NCBI GenBank assembly: GCA_965220745.1
Contig: CBDCQT010000007.1
Location: 128,001-192,000, forward strand
Direction: 5' to 3'
From: Alphaproteobacteria bacterium
GTDB lineage: Bacteria > Pseudomonadota > Alphaproteobacteria > UBA828
DNA length: 64,000 bases
Each line of letters opens with the position of its first letter. Position 1 is the first letter of the stretch. Shown here piece after piece: positions 29,554 to 39,532 of the stretch. The notes beneath the pieces are model-generated. The model was given only the letters and a program-made list of their open reading frames with translations, did not search any database and was not told the DNA's origin. Both the position numbers and the translations under genes were made by a program.

Positions 29554-30246
29554 ATGACCGCCCGCTATGCCATCTACATCGCGCCCCAGGCCGACTCGCC
29601 GCTCGCACGCTTCGGCGCAGCCTGGCTCGGGCGCGATGCGGAGACAGGCGCGCATCTGGCGCGGCCGGCGATGGAAGGGTTCAGCGATGAGCGCTTGGCC
29701 TACATCACCGCGGCGCCCCGCGGCTACGGCTTCCACGCGACGCTGGCACCGCCCATGCGCCTCGCCGAGGGGTGCACGCCCGACGCGCTCGACGAGGCGC
29801 TTGCCAGCTTCGCCGCCTCGCGTGAGCCGTTTCAATCGCCGCCGCTGAGGCTCGCGGCGCTCGACGGCTTCCTCGCCTTGGTGCTCTCCAACGCGAGCGC
29901 GCTCATGCAGGCGCTGGAGGACGACATCATCCGCACCTTTCATCGCTTTCGGGCGCCGCCTACACCGGCCGAGTACATTCGCCGCGAGGCGGGGACGCAC
30001 ACGCCGCGCCAGGAGGAGCTGCTCCGCCAGTGGGGCTATCCGCTCGTGCTGGATGAGTTCCGCTTCCACATGACGCTGACGTGCAAGCTCGATCAGGACG
30101 AGCGGCACGCCCTTCAGCAAGCTCTTGAAGCGCTAACCGCGCCGCTGTGCGCACGGCCGCTCGCGGTGGATGGGGTCGCGCTGTTCGAGCAAGAAGCCAA
30201 GGGGATGCCGTTCAGACTTACGCGCCGCTATCCGTTCGGTACCTGA
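29554..30246 (+). CDS. DUF1045 phosphonate-cluster protein (2H-phosphoesterase-like)
   Basis: [32 protein letters not shown]; follows the phnE remnant. Confidence 0.85.
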   Translation: MTARYAIYIAPQADSPLARFGAAWLGRDAETGAHLARPAMEGFSDERLAYITAAPRGYGFHATLAPPMRLAEGCTPDALDEALASFAASREPFQSPPLRLAALDGFLALVLSNASALMQALEDDIIRTFHRFRAPPTPAEYIRREAGTHTPRQEELLRQWGYPLVLDEFRFHMTLTCKLDQDERHALQQALEALTAPLCARPLAVDGVALFEQEAKGMPFRLTRRYPFGT

Positions 30247-30415
30247 GCGCATCGGGGCGCCGCTCTCCCGCCCCTCCAGTCCTCCGCCAAGTCGCCTGTC
30301 TGTGGCGTCCACATTTTCCGAAATCGTCATGTTGGCGAAACCGCCGCTTCACATGGCGGGTCCAGTATGTCAGCGCCCACATTCCGAGCATGGAGACCTC
30401 GCCATGAGGACATGG

Positions 30416-30716
30416 ACCACCAAGCTGACCGCGGCGCTGCTCGACCGGCTCACCCATCACTGCGAGATCGTCGAGACCGGAAACGAGAGCTGGCGCTTCA
30501 AGAACCGCTCTTGATCCGGCGCCGGCCTCCCCTGCAGCCCGGTTGCTCCGGTGGGCCAACAGGGACCCCCCCACGCGGCTTCGCTCCGCGTAGCGTGAGA
30601 CGCTACACGAAGCCGCGCGGGTCCCCCCTATTGGCTACCGGGACAACCTCCGCCGTGCCTCCAAGGGGGTCAATTTTGCACGCCGATAGGGGGTCAATCT
30701 TCAATGCCGATTGACA
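30416..30716 (+). mobile_element. istB: IS21-family right end: IstB C-terminus plus terminal repeats
   Basis: [30 protein letters not shown], then repeated GGGGGTCAAT motifs ending ...GCCGATTGACA. Confidence 0.85.
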
Positions 30717-31300
30717 ATCCATGGCTTGTGGGCGGGCTCGAGGCTGTCGATGGCGCGCTTTCCGAGTGTGACTAGCATGAGGGAATGATAGCATGGCGTG
30801 GCATACAAATCAACACTTACCACAACACAGGAAAGTAACCTCAGGACCGCTCAGGGGGCCTACAGACCACTCCAGGCCGGATAGATCATTTCAACACCAC
30901 AACAAAATCAACCTCCAGGGCGCTCCCGGAACCTCAGGGGACCAGGAGGGACAATGGATCACTATGGTTTCTCACCACAGTAACGGCGTGCGTCGCTTCC
31001 AGGCGTTCGATCCGCCAGGAGCGGGCCGAAAAGCGTATCAGGGAATACGGTTGAGGCCAGCGCCGCGCAGACCATGACCGTGGTGAGAAGTGCGGGCTAA
31101 TGGAGCGAAGTTCTCGCGGCCATCCTTGTCGCACCCCATATCTGTATCGGTCTCACTGCACCGGCTGCCGCCGCCGCCACCTTATGCATGATTTGTTCTT
31201 TTTATATACCATATTTGTTCGATAAGAGATATCATGGCTGGGAGTGGTTCTGGTTCAGCAAAGTTCCGGCGCCTCAGTTGCAGCCGGTCGGAGGTTAGCG

Positions 31301-31801
31301 ATGAGTAAGTGGTACGTGGTCCACACGCGGCCCCATCAGGAGCAGCGCGCCGAGGTAAACCTGGCGCGCCAGGGGTATCGGGTATGGCTGCCGGTGATGG
31401 AACGCTCCCGGCGCCGCGCAAAGCGCTTCGAGAGCGGGCACGCGCCGCTCTTTCCACAGTACCTGTTCGTGGAACTCGATATTGGGCGCGAGCCGTGGCG
31501 CGCCATCAACGGCACCTTCGGGGTGAAGCGGCTTCTCGCCGATGGCCCGCGCCCTCGGGCGCTGCCCGAAGAATTCGTCACGGCACTGAGGGAGGCGACC
31601 GGGGCCGACGGCATCAGCTCGCCCGAGCCTCCCGATTTGAAGCCGGGGGATGCCGTGACCATCGCGATCGGCCCCTTCGTGGAGTGCGCGGCGGTCGTCC
31701 TGCGGCTCGCGCCGCGCCAGAGGGTCGAGGTGCTGCTGGATGTGCTGGGCGGGCGGGTTCCGGCCCGTCTTCCCAAACGAGCGGTGATCGCCGCTGCATA
31801 A
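31301..31801 (+). CDS. RfaH/NusG-family transcription antiterminator
   Basis: WYVVHTRPHQEQRA, PLFPQYLFV, INGTFGV and KOW motif PGDAVTIAIGPF. Confidence 0.85.
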   Translation: MSKWYVVHTRPHQEQRAEVNLARQGYRVWLPVMERSRRRAKRFESGHAPLFPQYLFVELDIGREPWRAINGTFGVKRLLADGPRPRALPEEFVTALREATGADGISSPEPPDLKPGDAVTIAIGPFVECAAVVLRLAPRQRVEVLLDVLGGRVPARLPKRAVIAAA

Positions 31802-31828
31802 ACGCTCGAAAACGTCTCGGACAGGGAA

Positions 31829-33316
31829 CTAGAACGGGGGGTCGTCGCCCGACGCGTGGCTCCTGTCGAGATTGTCGAACTTGGTCAGCAGCGCGTTGAA
31901 ATAGAGCTCCACCTTGCCGATCGGCCCGTGGCGCTGCTTGGCAATGATGACCTCCGCCTTGTTGTGGACCTTATCCATCTTTTCCTGCCACTCGGCGTGG
32001 TCGGCGGTGCCCTCTTCCGGCTCCTTGCGCCCGAGGTAGTACTGCTCGCGGTACAGAAACATGACCACGTCCGCGTCCTGCTCGATGGAGCCCGACTCGC
32101 GCAGGTCCGCGAGCTGCGGTCGCTTGTCGTCGCGCTGCTCCACCGCGCGGCTGAGCTGCGCCAGCGCCAACACCGGCAGGTCCAGGTCCTTGGCCAGCGC
32201 CTTGAGGCCCTGCGTGATCTCCGAGACCTCTTGGACGCGGTTATTGAGCCGCACGCTCGTGGTCGGTCGCATGAGCTGCAAATAATCGACGACGATCAGC
32301 GAGATGCCGTGGCGGCGCTTGAGGCGGCGGGCGCGGGCGCGAAGGCCCGCGATGGTGAGCGCAGGCGAATCGTCGATGAAGAGCGGCAGCCCTTCCATCG
32401 CCTGACTGGCCTTGACGATCCTGATGAAGTCCACGTCCCGCACCTCGCCGCGCCGGAGCTTGTCCGACGAAATCTCGGTCTGCTCGGCGAGGACCCGTGT
32501 CGCGAGCTGCTCGGCCGACATTTCGAGCGAGAAGAAGGCGACCTTGGCTCCGTCGGCCGCAGGCCCACCCTCTGTACCGGCGCGGTAGGTCGACGCGGCA
32601 TTGAAGGATACGTTGGTCGCGAGCGCCGTCTTCCCCATGCCGGGGCGGCTCGCCAGGATGATCAGATCGGAGGCATGCAGCCCGCCAAGCAGGCGGTCGA
32701 GATCGACGAATCCGGTCGGCGCGCCGGTGAGCCGACTGTCGCGCTGATAGGCCTGCTTGATCATCTCGACGGCGCTGGTCAGCGGCGCGGCGAACTGCTG
32801 CCCGCCGGGATCGACGCGGCCCTCCTCGGCAAGTTGGTAGAGGCTGTGCTCGGCCGTTTCGATCTGCTCTGCCGCCGGCTGGTCGAGCGGCCCGTCGTAG
32901 GCGTCGTTCACCACCTCTTCGCCGATGTTGACGAGGGAGCGGCGCAGCGCCAGGTCGTGGATTGCCCGGCCGTAGTGCTCGGCGTTGATCACCGTCACGG
33001 CGGAGCCGGCGAGCCGGGCCAGATACTGACCGCCGCCGGCCTCCTCCAGCGCCTCGTCTCGCTCGAAATAGTGCTTGAGAGTCACCGGGTTGGCGATCTG
33101 CCCACGCTCGACCATGCGGAGCACGGCGTCGTAGATGCGGCCATGCACCGGCAGGAAGAAATGCTCCGGCAGCAGAAAAGCGCTGACCAGGCTGGCGGCC
33201 TCGTTGTTGACCAGAAGCGCGCCGAGCAGCGCCTGCTCGGCTTCGAGGTTGCTGGGAGGAGAGCGATAGCTTGGCGTCTCGGCCGACGCCTCTTGGAGCG
33301 GGACTCGGGTGGCCAT
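31829..33316 (-). CDS. dnaB: Replicative DNA helicase
   Basis: EAEQALLG, RPGMGKT, SLEM, VDYLQL, QLSR, DLRESGSIEQDAD and KQRHGP. Confidence 0.97.
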   Translation of the reverse strand: MATRVPLQEASAETPSYRSPPSNLEAEQALLGALLVNNEAASLVSAFLLPEHFFLPVHGRIYDAVLRMVERGQIANPVTLKHYFERDEALEEAGGGQYLARLAGSAVTVINAEHYGRAIHDLALRRSLVNIGEEVVNDAYDGPLDQPAAEQIETAEHSLYQLAEEGRVDPGGQQFAAPLTSAVEMIKQAYQRDSRLTGAPTGFVDLDRLLGGLHASDLIILASRPGMGKTALATNVSFNAASTYRAGTEGGPAADGAKVAFFSLEMSAEQLATRVLAEQTEISSDKLRRGEVRDVDFIRIVKASQAMEGLPLFIDDSPALTIAGLRARARRLKRRHGISLIVVDYLQLMRPTTSVRLNNRVQEVSEITQGLKALAKDLDLPVLALAQLSRAVEQRDDKRPQLADLRESGSIEQDADVVMFLYREQYYLGRKEPEEGTADHAEWQEKMDKVHNKAEVIIAKQRHGPIGKVELYFNALLTKFDNLDRSHASGDDPPF

Positions 33317-33382
33317 GACGGCACTATGACATGTGCGTAGCCGGCGGCTCTACACGGCTCCGCACGTGAAAATTGAGGATAT

Positions 33383-33493
33383 CGTGGATATTTCTTTCCA
33401 CGCTTTCCTTGTCCACAGACCGCTCGTTACGAGCAAAACCTGCTCGATCTTGGCCGATCCTGGCGATTGGGCTGTGAACAACACTGTGGAAAA
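33383..33493. promoter_or_regulatory. Cluster of DnaA-box-like 9-mers upstream of dnaB
   Basis: TTTTCCACA (rc, 33485-93), TTGTCCACA (33409-17), TTGTTCACA (rc, 33473-81), CTTTCCACG (33394-402), ATATCCACG (rc, 33383-91) vs TTWTNCACA. Confidence 0.6.
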
Positions 33494-33526
33494 CGGATCG
33501 AAACCGGCCCGCGGAGCCTCGCCTGC

Positions 33527-34741
33527 TCAGGTCGCGTGGGCGCGCTCCCAGTCCACCATGTAGTCGCGGGTCAGAGGCGCCGCATCCTGGCGGCGGGCGA
33601 GCTGGATCTGGGCCACCATGTGGTCCTGATGGCGGAAGGCGGCCTCCGAGCCCGCCAGGTAGAACTCCCACATTCGGCAGAAACGCTCGTCGTAGACCGC
33701 CTTCACCCGCTCCCGGTTCGCCCGGAAGTTGCGCGACCAGTGCTTGAGCGTGTCGGCGTAGTGCAGGCGCAGCATCTCCACGTCGAGGGACTTGAGCCCG
33801 GTCTGCTCCAGCGCGGCGAACACCTCGGAGAGCGAGGGGCAATAACCGCCGGGGAAGATGTACTTGCGCAGCCAGGGATTGGTGACGCTTGGCCCGTCCC
33901 AGCGGGCGATGGTGTGAAGCAGCGCGACGCCGTCCTCCTTGAGCAGGCGCTCCACCTTGCGGAAGAACTCGACGTAATGCTTGACGCCGACGTGCTCGAA
34001 CATGCCGACGGAGACGATCCGGTCGTAGGTGCCGGTGTCCTCGCGGTAGTCGCGCAGGTGAAAGGCCACGTGATCCTGGATGCCGAGCTTCTGGGCGCGC
34101 TCCGCGGCGTAGGCCTGCTGCTCTTTGGACAGGGTCAGCCCCGTCACGTTGGCGCCGGTCTTTTCGTGCAAGTAGATGCCGAGCCCGCCCCAGCCCGAGC
34201 CAATGTCCAGCACGCCGAGGCCGGGCCGGTCGAGCAGGAGCTTCGACGCGAGGTGACGCTTCTTGGCGTGCTGGGCCTGCTCCAGCGAGTGATTGGGCGT
34301 GTCGAAATAGGCGCAGGAATACTGGCGGTCCGGATCGAGGAAGAGGTCGTAGAGGTCGTCCGAGAGATCGTAGTGATGGGCCACGTTCTGCCGGGCGCGG
34401 CCGACGGGGTTGTGCTGCTGCAGCGGTCGGACCCATTGGGCGAGCCAGTTGCGCGCCTTGATCACCGCGTTCTCGTCGAGCAGATGGAGGTTCGCGCCGA
34501 CCAGGTGAAGGAAATCACGGATGGTCGCGTCGTCCTCCATCGTCAGTGTGCCGTCCATGTAGGCTTCGCCGACGACGAGGCGTGGGTTCAACAAGAGCTT
34601 CCAGTGGAGCGAGCGGTCGTGCAGCCGGATGGTGACGGTGTCCCCCGGCTCGCCTGCAAAGGTGTGAAGCTTGCCTCGCGCATCCACCACGCGAAGCGTG
34701 CCCCGCTTCATCAAGGTCCTGAGCAGGGGCGCAACCAGCAT
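33527..34741 (-). CDS. cfa: Cyclopropane-fatty-acyl-phospholipid synthase family methyltransferase
   Basis: HHYDLS, QYSCAYF, LDIGSGWGG, VGMFEHVG, YIFPGG and RMWEFYL. Confidence 0.9.
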   Translation of the reverse strand: MLVAPLLRTLMKRGTLRVVDARGKLHTFAGEPGDTVTIRLHDRSLHWKLLLNPRLVVGEAYMDGTLTMEDDATIRDFLHLVGANLHLLDENAVIKARNWLAQWVRPLQQHNPVGRARQNVAHHYDLSDDLYDLFLDPDRQYSCAYFDTPNHSLEQAQHAKKRHLASKLLLDRPGLGVLDIGSGWGGLGIYLHEKTGANVTGLTLSKEQQAYAAERAQKLGIQDHVAFHLRDYREDTGTYDRIVSVGMFEHVGVKHYVEFFRKVERLLKEDGVALLHTIARWDGPSVTNPWLRKYIFPGGYCPSLSEVFAALEQTGLKSLDVEMLRLHYADTLKHWSRNFRANRERVKAVYDERFCRMWEFYLAGSEAAFRHQDHMVAQIQLARRQDAAPLTRDYMVDWERAHAT

Positions 34742-34756
34742 GGCACGGGGCCTCGA

Positions 34757-35440
34757 TTATTCAGCCTGGGCGCCGGCCGTGTCTTCGTCTGAGGGACTGT
34801 CCGCGTTGCCGGCACTTTCGGCTGATTCGGTTGCTTCGCCAGCGGCTTCGGCTGACTCGGTTGCCTCGCCGGCATCCGCCGTATCGGGTGCGTCTTCTGC
34901 TGCCGCGTCCGCGGCCTCGCCCTCTGCGGCTTCGTCCGCCTCGTCCTCCGCCTCATCGAGGATGGTGCCGCCGCGCGCTTGAATCTCAGCCTCCTCGGGC
35001 GAGCGAGCGACGTTGACCTTGACCGTCACCGTCACCTCCGGATGGAGCGCGATCCGCACGTCGTGGACGCCGAGCGCCTTGATCGGGCGGTCCAGACGCA
35101 CCTGCTGGCGCCGGACCTCGGCGCCGCGCTCGGCCATCGCCTCGGCGATATCACGCGCGCTGACGGAGCCGTAGAGTTGCAGCGTGTCGCTCGCCTGGCG
35201 GATGAGGATGATGCTCTCGCCCTCGAGCCGGACCGCGGCCGAGCCGGCGGCATCGCGCCGGTCGCTGTTGAGCTGCTCCAGCGCCTCGCGCTCCCGCTCG
35301 AAGCGCTGCATGTTCTCGGGCGTGGCCCGAAGAGCCTTCTTGCGGGGCAGAAGAAAGTTGCGGGCGTAGCCGTCCTTTACCCCGACGATATCGCCCATCC
35401 CGCCGAGCTTCTCGATCCTCTCGAGCAAGATGACTTCCAT
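34757..35440 (-). CDS. rplI: 50S ribosomal protein L9 with acidic tail
   Basis: MEVILLERIEKLG..VKDGYARNFLLP, LYGSV and LHPEV. Confidence 0.97.
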   Translation of the reverse strand: MEVILLERIEKLGGMGDIVGVKDGYARNFLLPRKKALRATPENMQRFEREREALEQLNSDRRDAAGSAAVRLEGESIILIRQASDTLQLYGSVSARDIAEAMAERGAEVRRQQVRLDRPIKALGVHDVRIALHPEVTVTVKVNVARSPEEAEIQARGGTILDEAEDEADEAAEGEAADAAAEDAPDTADAGEATESAEAAGEATESAESAGNADSPSDEDTAGAQAE

Positions 35441-35509
35441 GCCCCTGTTCCCCGCTTGGCGAATCGCCCGCCCCGCCGTACCGGTGCCGGGCGAAGACCG
35501 TTTGTCTAT

Positions 35510-35896
35510 CTACTTGATGACGTAGGGCAGCAGCGCCAGGTGGCGCGCGCGCTTGATCGCCCGTGCGAGCTCCCGCTGCTTCTTGGCCGAGACCGCGGTG
35601 ATGCGGCTCGGCACGATCTTGCCTCGCTCGGAGAGGAAGCGCTGAAGCAGCTTCACGTCCCGATAGTCGATCTTGGGCGCGTTGGGTCCGCTGAAGGGGC
35701 ACGACTTCTTGCGGCGGAAGAACGGCCGTCTCGGGAACGAGACCATTGGCACGCCTCCGCCGCCTCGGCCGCCGCCCGGACCACCGCCGTGGCGCGGTCC
35801 GCCGAAGGGATGCTGCCTGCGGCCATCGCCGGCCGGTGCCGGCCGGCTTGCACCGGCGGGCGGCGCGCTGCCCTCGGTCCGTTCGCCTTCAGCCAT
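35510..35896 (-). CDS. rpsR: 30S ribosomal protein S18 with Gly-rich N-terminal extension
   Basis: [29 protein letters not shown] and [12 protein letters not shown]. Confidence 0.96.
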   Translation of the reverse strand: MAEGERTEGSAPPAGASRPAPAGDGRRQHPFGGPRHGGGPGGGRGGGGVPMVSFPRRPFFRRKKSCPFSGPNAPKIDYRDVKLLQRFLSERGKIVPSRITAVSAKKQRELARAIKRARHLALLPYVIK

Positions 35897-36464
35897 CGCT
35901 CTTCTCCTCGGCGGCGCTGTCTGCGGAGCTCACGCCCGCAGCGTCGCTCACGGGGGGCTCGCTTGCGGCAGTCTCGCTCGCAGCCTCCTTGGCGCTCGCT
36001 TCGGCAGCCGGCGCGGCGTCCTGACGCTCCCGACGCTCGCCCCGTTCGCCATCGCCCTCGCGGCGCCGGCCCTCGCCGTCGTCGTCCCGGCGGCGGCCCT
36101 CCCACCGGCCTCCGCGACCTCCGCGGCCATCGCGTCCGCGGCCGCGCGACTGGGTGAGCGGCGCCGGGTTGGGGTCGTGCTCGTCCACCCGCACCGTCAG
36201 GTAGCGGATGACGTCCTCGTTGATGCGCATCGTGTGCTCCATCGCGGAAATCGCTTCCGGCGGCGCATCGATGTTCATGAAGTAATAGTGGCCCTTGCGG
36301 TTCTTCTTGATGCGGTACGCAAGGCTGCGCAGGCCCCAATACTCGGTCTTGGCGATCTCGCCGCCGGCCTCCGTCAGAATCTCGCGGAACTGCTCGGCAA
36401 GGCCGTCCACCTGTTGGGACGAGATGTCGGGACGCGCGATAAATGTGCTCTCGTAGAGCGGCAT
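35889..36464 (-). CDS. rpsF: 30S ribosomal protein S6 with RG-rich and acidic tail
   Basis: [27 protein letters not shown] and VIRYLTVRV. Confidence 0.96.
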   Translation of the reverse strand: MPLYESTFIARPDISSQQVDGLAEQFREILTEAGGEIAKTEYWGLRSLAYRIKKNRKGHYYFMNIDAPPEAISAMEHTMRINEDVIRYLTVRVDEHDPNPAPLTQSRGRGRDGRGGRGGRWEGRRRDDDGEGRRREGDGERGERRERQDAAPAAEASAKEAASETAASEPPVSDAAGVSSADSAAEEKSDG

Positions 36465-36671
36465 GCGGCGCTGTTCTCCTGAGTGTCGGTCGCGGCGCGT
36501 AACAGGTCGCCCGCCCCGCTCTCCGGCAGGGCGGCTGACCCAGGCGGCGGACTATACATCATCATTCTTGCATCGCAAGCGGTGCCGCGGCCGGTTCGCT
36601 TGACAGGTCTCGGGCTGCGTGGTCAGTAGCGGCGCGCGCGTTGGGGTCGCGAAAGCGCAAGAGTCTCCCAC

Positions 36672-37616
36672 ATGACAACGGCCATCATCTTTCCCGGACA
36701 GGGCTCGCAGCAGGTCGGCATGGGCCGGGACCTGCACGATGCCTTTCCGGCTGCCCGCGCCGTGTTTCAGGAGGTGGATGAGGCGCTTGGCGAGCCTCTC
36801 TCGCGGCTCATCTTCGGAGGCGAGGAGAGCGATCTCACGCTCACGCGAAACGCGCAGCCCGCGCTCATGGCGGTCTCCATCGCCGTAATTAGGGCGCTCG
36901 AGGACGAAGGTGGCTGGCGGCTGTCCGATCGGGCGGCCTTCGTCGCCGGTCATTCGCTGGGCGAATACACGGCGCTCGCCGCCGCGGGCTGCCTGACGCT
37001 GGGCGATGCGGCGCGCTTGCTGCGCCTGCGGGGCGAAGCCATGCAGCAGGCGGTGCCGGTGGGTGCCGGCGCCATGGCCGCGCTGATCGGCGCCGATCTC
37101 GCCCAGGCCGAGGCGGTCGCCCAGGCGGCGGCCGAGGGCGAGGTCTGCGTCATCGGCAACGACAACGCGCCCGGCCAGGTCGTGGTGAGCGGTGCCGCGT
37201 CGGCGGTGGAGCGCGCGGTGGCGCTCGCGCCGGAGCACGGCATCAAACGCGCCGTGATGCTGCCGGTGAGTGCGCCCTTCCACTCGCCGCTGCTCAGCCC
37301 CGCGGCTGAGACCATGGCGGCGGCGTTCGAGACCGTCTCCTTTAGTCCGCTGGCCGTCCCGCTGGTCTCTAACGTGACCGCGTGCCCGGTGCACGACGCC
37401 TCCGAGGTGCCGGCGCTGCTGGTACGCCAGGTGACGGCGGTGGTGCGCTGGCGCGAGAGCGTGCTTCACATGGCGAGCGAGGGCGTGGATACGCTGATCG
37501 AGGTCGGCGCCGGCAAGGTGCTCACCGGGCTTGCGCGCCGCATCGACCGGAGCTTGAGCGCGAACGCGGTCGGCACGGTCGCGGACGTCGACGCCCTGCT
37601 GGGGCGGACGGTATAG
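36672..37616 (+). CDS. fabD: Malonyl CoA-ACP transacylase
   Basis: FPGQGSQ, AGHSLGEY and VSAPFHS. Confidence 0.96.
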   Translation: MTTAIIFPGQGSQQVGMGRDLHDAFPAARAVFQEVDEALGEPLSRLIFGGEESDLTLTRNAQPALMAVSIAVIRALEDEGGWRLSDRAAFVAGHSLGEYTALAAAGCLTLGDAARLLRLRGEAMQQAVPVGAGAMAALIGADLAQAEAVAQAAAEGEVCVIGNDNAPGQVVVSGAASAVERAVALAPEHGIKRAVMLPVSAPFHSPLLSPAAETMAAAFETVSFSPLAVPLVSNVTACPVHDASEVPALLVRQVTAVVRWRESVLHMASEGVDTLIEVGAGKVLTGLARRIDRSLSANAVGTVADVDALLGRTV

Positions 37617-37651
37617 GCGCGGCGGGCGTTAGCAACAGGGAGCGGCGAGGG

Positions 37652-38389
37652 ATGTTCGATTTGTCGGGAAAGGTGGCGCTGGTTACGGGCGCGTCGGGCG
37701 GCATCGGCAGCGCCATCGCCGAGGCCCTGCACCGCCAGGGGGCATCGGTGGCGCTCTCGGGCCGTCGCGCGGACGCGCTTGAGGCGCTCGCTGCAAAGCT
37801 CGGTGAGGGCGCGCAAGCGGTGCCCTGCGACTTGGCCGACCGCGACGCTCTCGCGGCGCTGCCCGAGCGGGCGGCGGAGGCGCTGGGCGCGCCCGCCATC
37901 CTGGTGCATTGCGGCGGAATCACCCGCGACGGGCTCGCGCTCCGCATGAAGGACGAAGACTGGCAGCAGGTGCTGGAGATCAATCTCAGTGCCGGTTTCG
38001 TACTCGCCCGCGCCTGTCTGCGCGGCATGATCCGCCAGCGCTGGGGCCGGCTGATCTTCATCACCTCGGTGGTGGGGACGACCGGCAACGCCGGGCAGGC
38101 GAACTATGCGGCGTCCAAGGCCGGCCTCGCCGGCATGGTGAAGGCGCTCGCCGCCGAGACAGCCGCGCGGGGCGTCACCGCCAACTGCGTCGCCCCAGGA
38201 TTCATCGAGACGGCGATGACCGACGCGCTGGCGGATACGCAGAAGGAGGCGCTGCTCGGTACGATCCCCGCCGGCCGCTTCGGCGAGGGGAGCGACGTCG
38301 CCGCCGCTTGCGTCTATCTCGCGAGCGAGGAGGCCCGCTACGTCACCGGGCAGACGCTCCACGTCAACGGCGGCATGGCGATGATCTAG
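37652..38389 (+). CDS. fabG: 3-oxoacyl-ACP reductase
   Basis: TGASGGIG, GNAGQANYAASK, PGFIET and TGQTLHVNGGM; follows fabD. Confidence 0.93.
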   Translation: MFDLSGKVALVTGASGGIGSAIAEALHRQGASVALSGRRADALEALAAKLGEGAQAVPCDLADRDALAALPERAAEALGAPAILVHCGGITRDGLALRMKDEDWQQVLEINLSAGFVLARACLRGMIRQRWGRLIFITSVVGTTGNAGQANYAASKAGLAGMVKALAAETAARGVTANCVAPGFIETAMTDALADTQKEALLGTIPAGRFGEGSDVAAACVYLASEEARYVTGQTLHVNGGMAMI

Positions 38390-39285
38390 GCACGTTTGCG
38401 GCCCGGCTTGCCGGCGCGGATGGCGAGCACGCCGGCGACCACGATCAGAACCGCGCCGCCTCCCATGAGCCAGTCCACCCCCTCGCCCCAGAACAACCAG
38501 CCGAAGACAGCGGCGAAGACCACCGACGTGTAGATGAAGGTGCCGGCCCGGTCGGTCGGCGCGATCAGGCAGCCTTTCGCGAAGAGGACGTGGGCGGCGG
38601 TGGAGAACACGCCCAGCATGATCAGACCGGGCCAGGCCTCCGCCGGCGGCACGGTCGGGTTCATCAGCACCGGCGTGAGCGTCACGAGGATGCCGATCAG
38701 GGCGAAGTAGACCGCGATGCGGTACGGGCTCTCGTCCGCCGGCATGCGCCAGATGGCGACGGCTGAGAGACCGCCCAGCACGCCGGAGACAAGCCCGATC
38801 AGGGCCGCAAACTGGAAGAACTCCGTCCCCGGCTTGAGGATCAGGGCGACGCCTGCGAAGCCGATCAGCACCGCCGCCAGCACCCGGCCGTCGAGCGCGA
38901 AACGGAACAGCAGAAAACCCAAGACGGGCACGAAGATGGGCGAGCTGAAGTTGAGCAGCACCGCCTCGGCAAGCGGGAGTACGCTGACCGCGTGGTAGTA
39001 GCAGAGCAGCGCCGCGACCAAGGTGATCCCCCGCATCGCCATGAGCCCGCGATGCGCCGGGCGCATCGATCCGGGCCAGTGCCGGATGACCCAGGGCATG
39101 AGGATCGCGAGGCTCAGCACATTGCGCCAGAACAGCACCTCGAAGCTGGAAAGGCTCTCCTCCGCCATCTTGATGCCCATGCCGGCAAGGGCGAACATCA
39201 AGCCTGCGGCGGCCACGAGCGCAGAGCCCAGGAGCACCCGCCCGCGTCCGGGAACGATGCTCGATTCGGTCTGTTGATCGCTCAT
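38386..39285 (-). CDS. DMT/EamA-family transporter
   Basis: About 10 hydrophobic helices in two EamA-like halves. Confidence 0.82.
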   Translation of the reverse strand: MSDQQTESSIVPGRGRVLLGSALVAAAGLMFALAGMGIKMAEESLSSFEVLFWRNVLSLAILMPWVIRHWPGSMRPAHRGLMAMRGITLVAALLCYYHAVSVLPLAEAVLLNFSSPIFVPVLGFLLFRFALDGRVLAAVLIGFAGVALILKPGTEFFQFAALIGLVSGVLGGLSAVAIWRMPADESPYRIAVYFALIGILVTLTPVLMNPTVPPAEAWPGLIMLGVFSTAAHVLFAKGCLIAPTDRAGTFIYTSVVFAAVFGWLFWGEGVDWLMGGGAVLIVVAGVLAIRAGKPGRKRA

Positions 39286-39532
39286 TTTCGGGTACGTGAC
39301 GGTGGGTTCGGTGCTTATCTCATGGCTCACAGGCCGGCTTCAGGCTTGAATTTGCGCTCGTGCCGGCACCCTCTTCCGAGCGTATGGAGTATCGCCAAGA
39401 AATGTGTTACCTAGCGCCGCGTCCGCCCGTCCGCGCGGCACGGTCCGCTCGCGATTCGGGAGCCGCACGGGGCCGCCGTCCGCCGGTTGAGACCGGCGTA
39501 GCCGTTCACGCAGTCCGACGAGGGAAGGTTAC

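Noticed and set aside
10035-30716. Intact IS21 composite transposon carrying metH and the zinc island
   Set aside because: Both IS pieces are short and degenerate, only one terminal repeat is visible, and no target duplication was found
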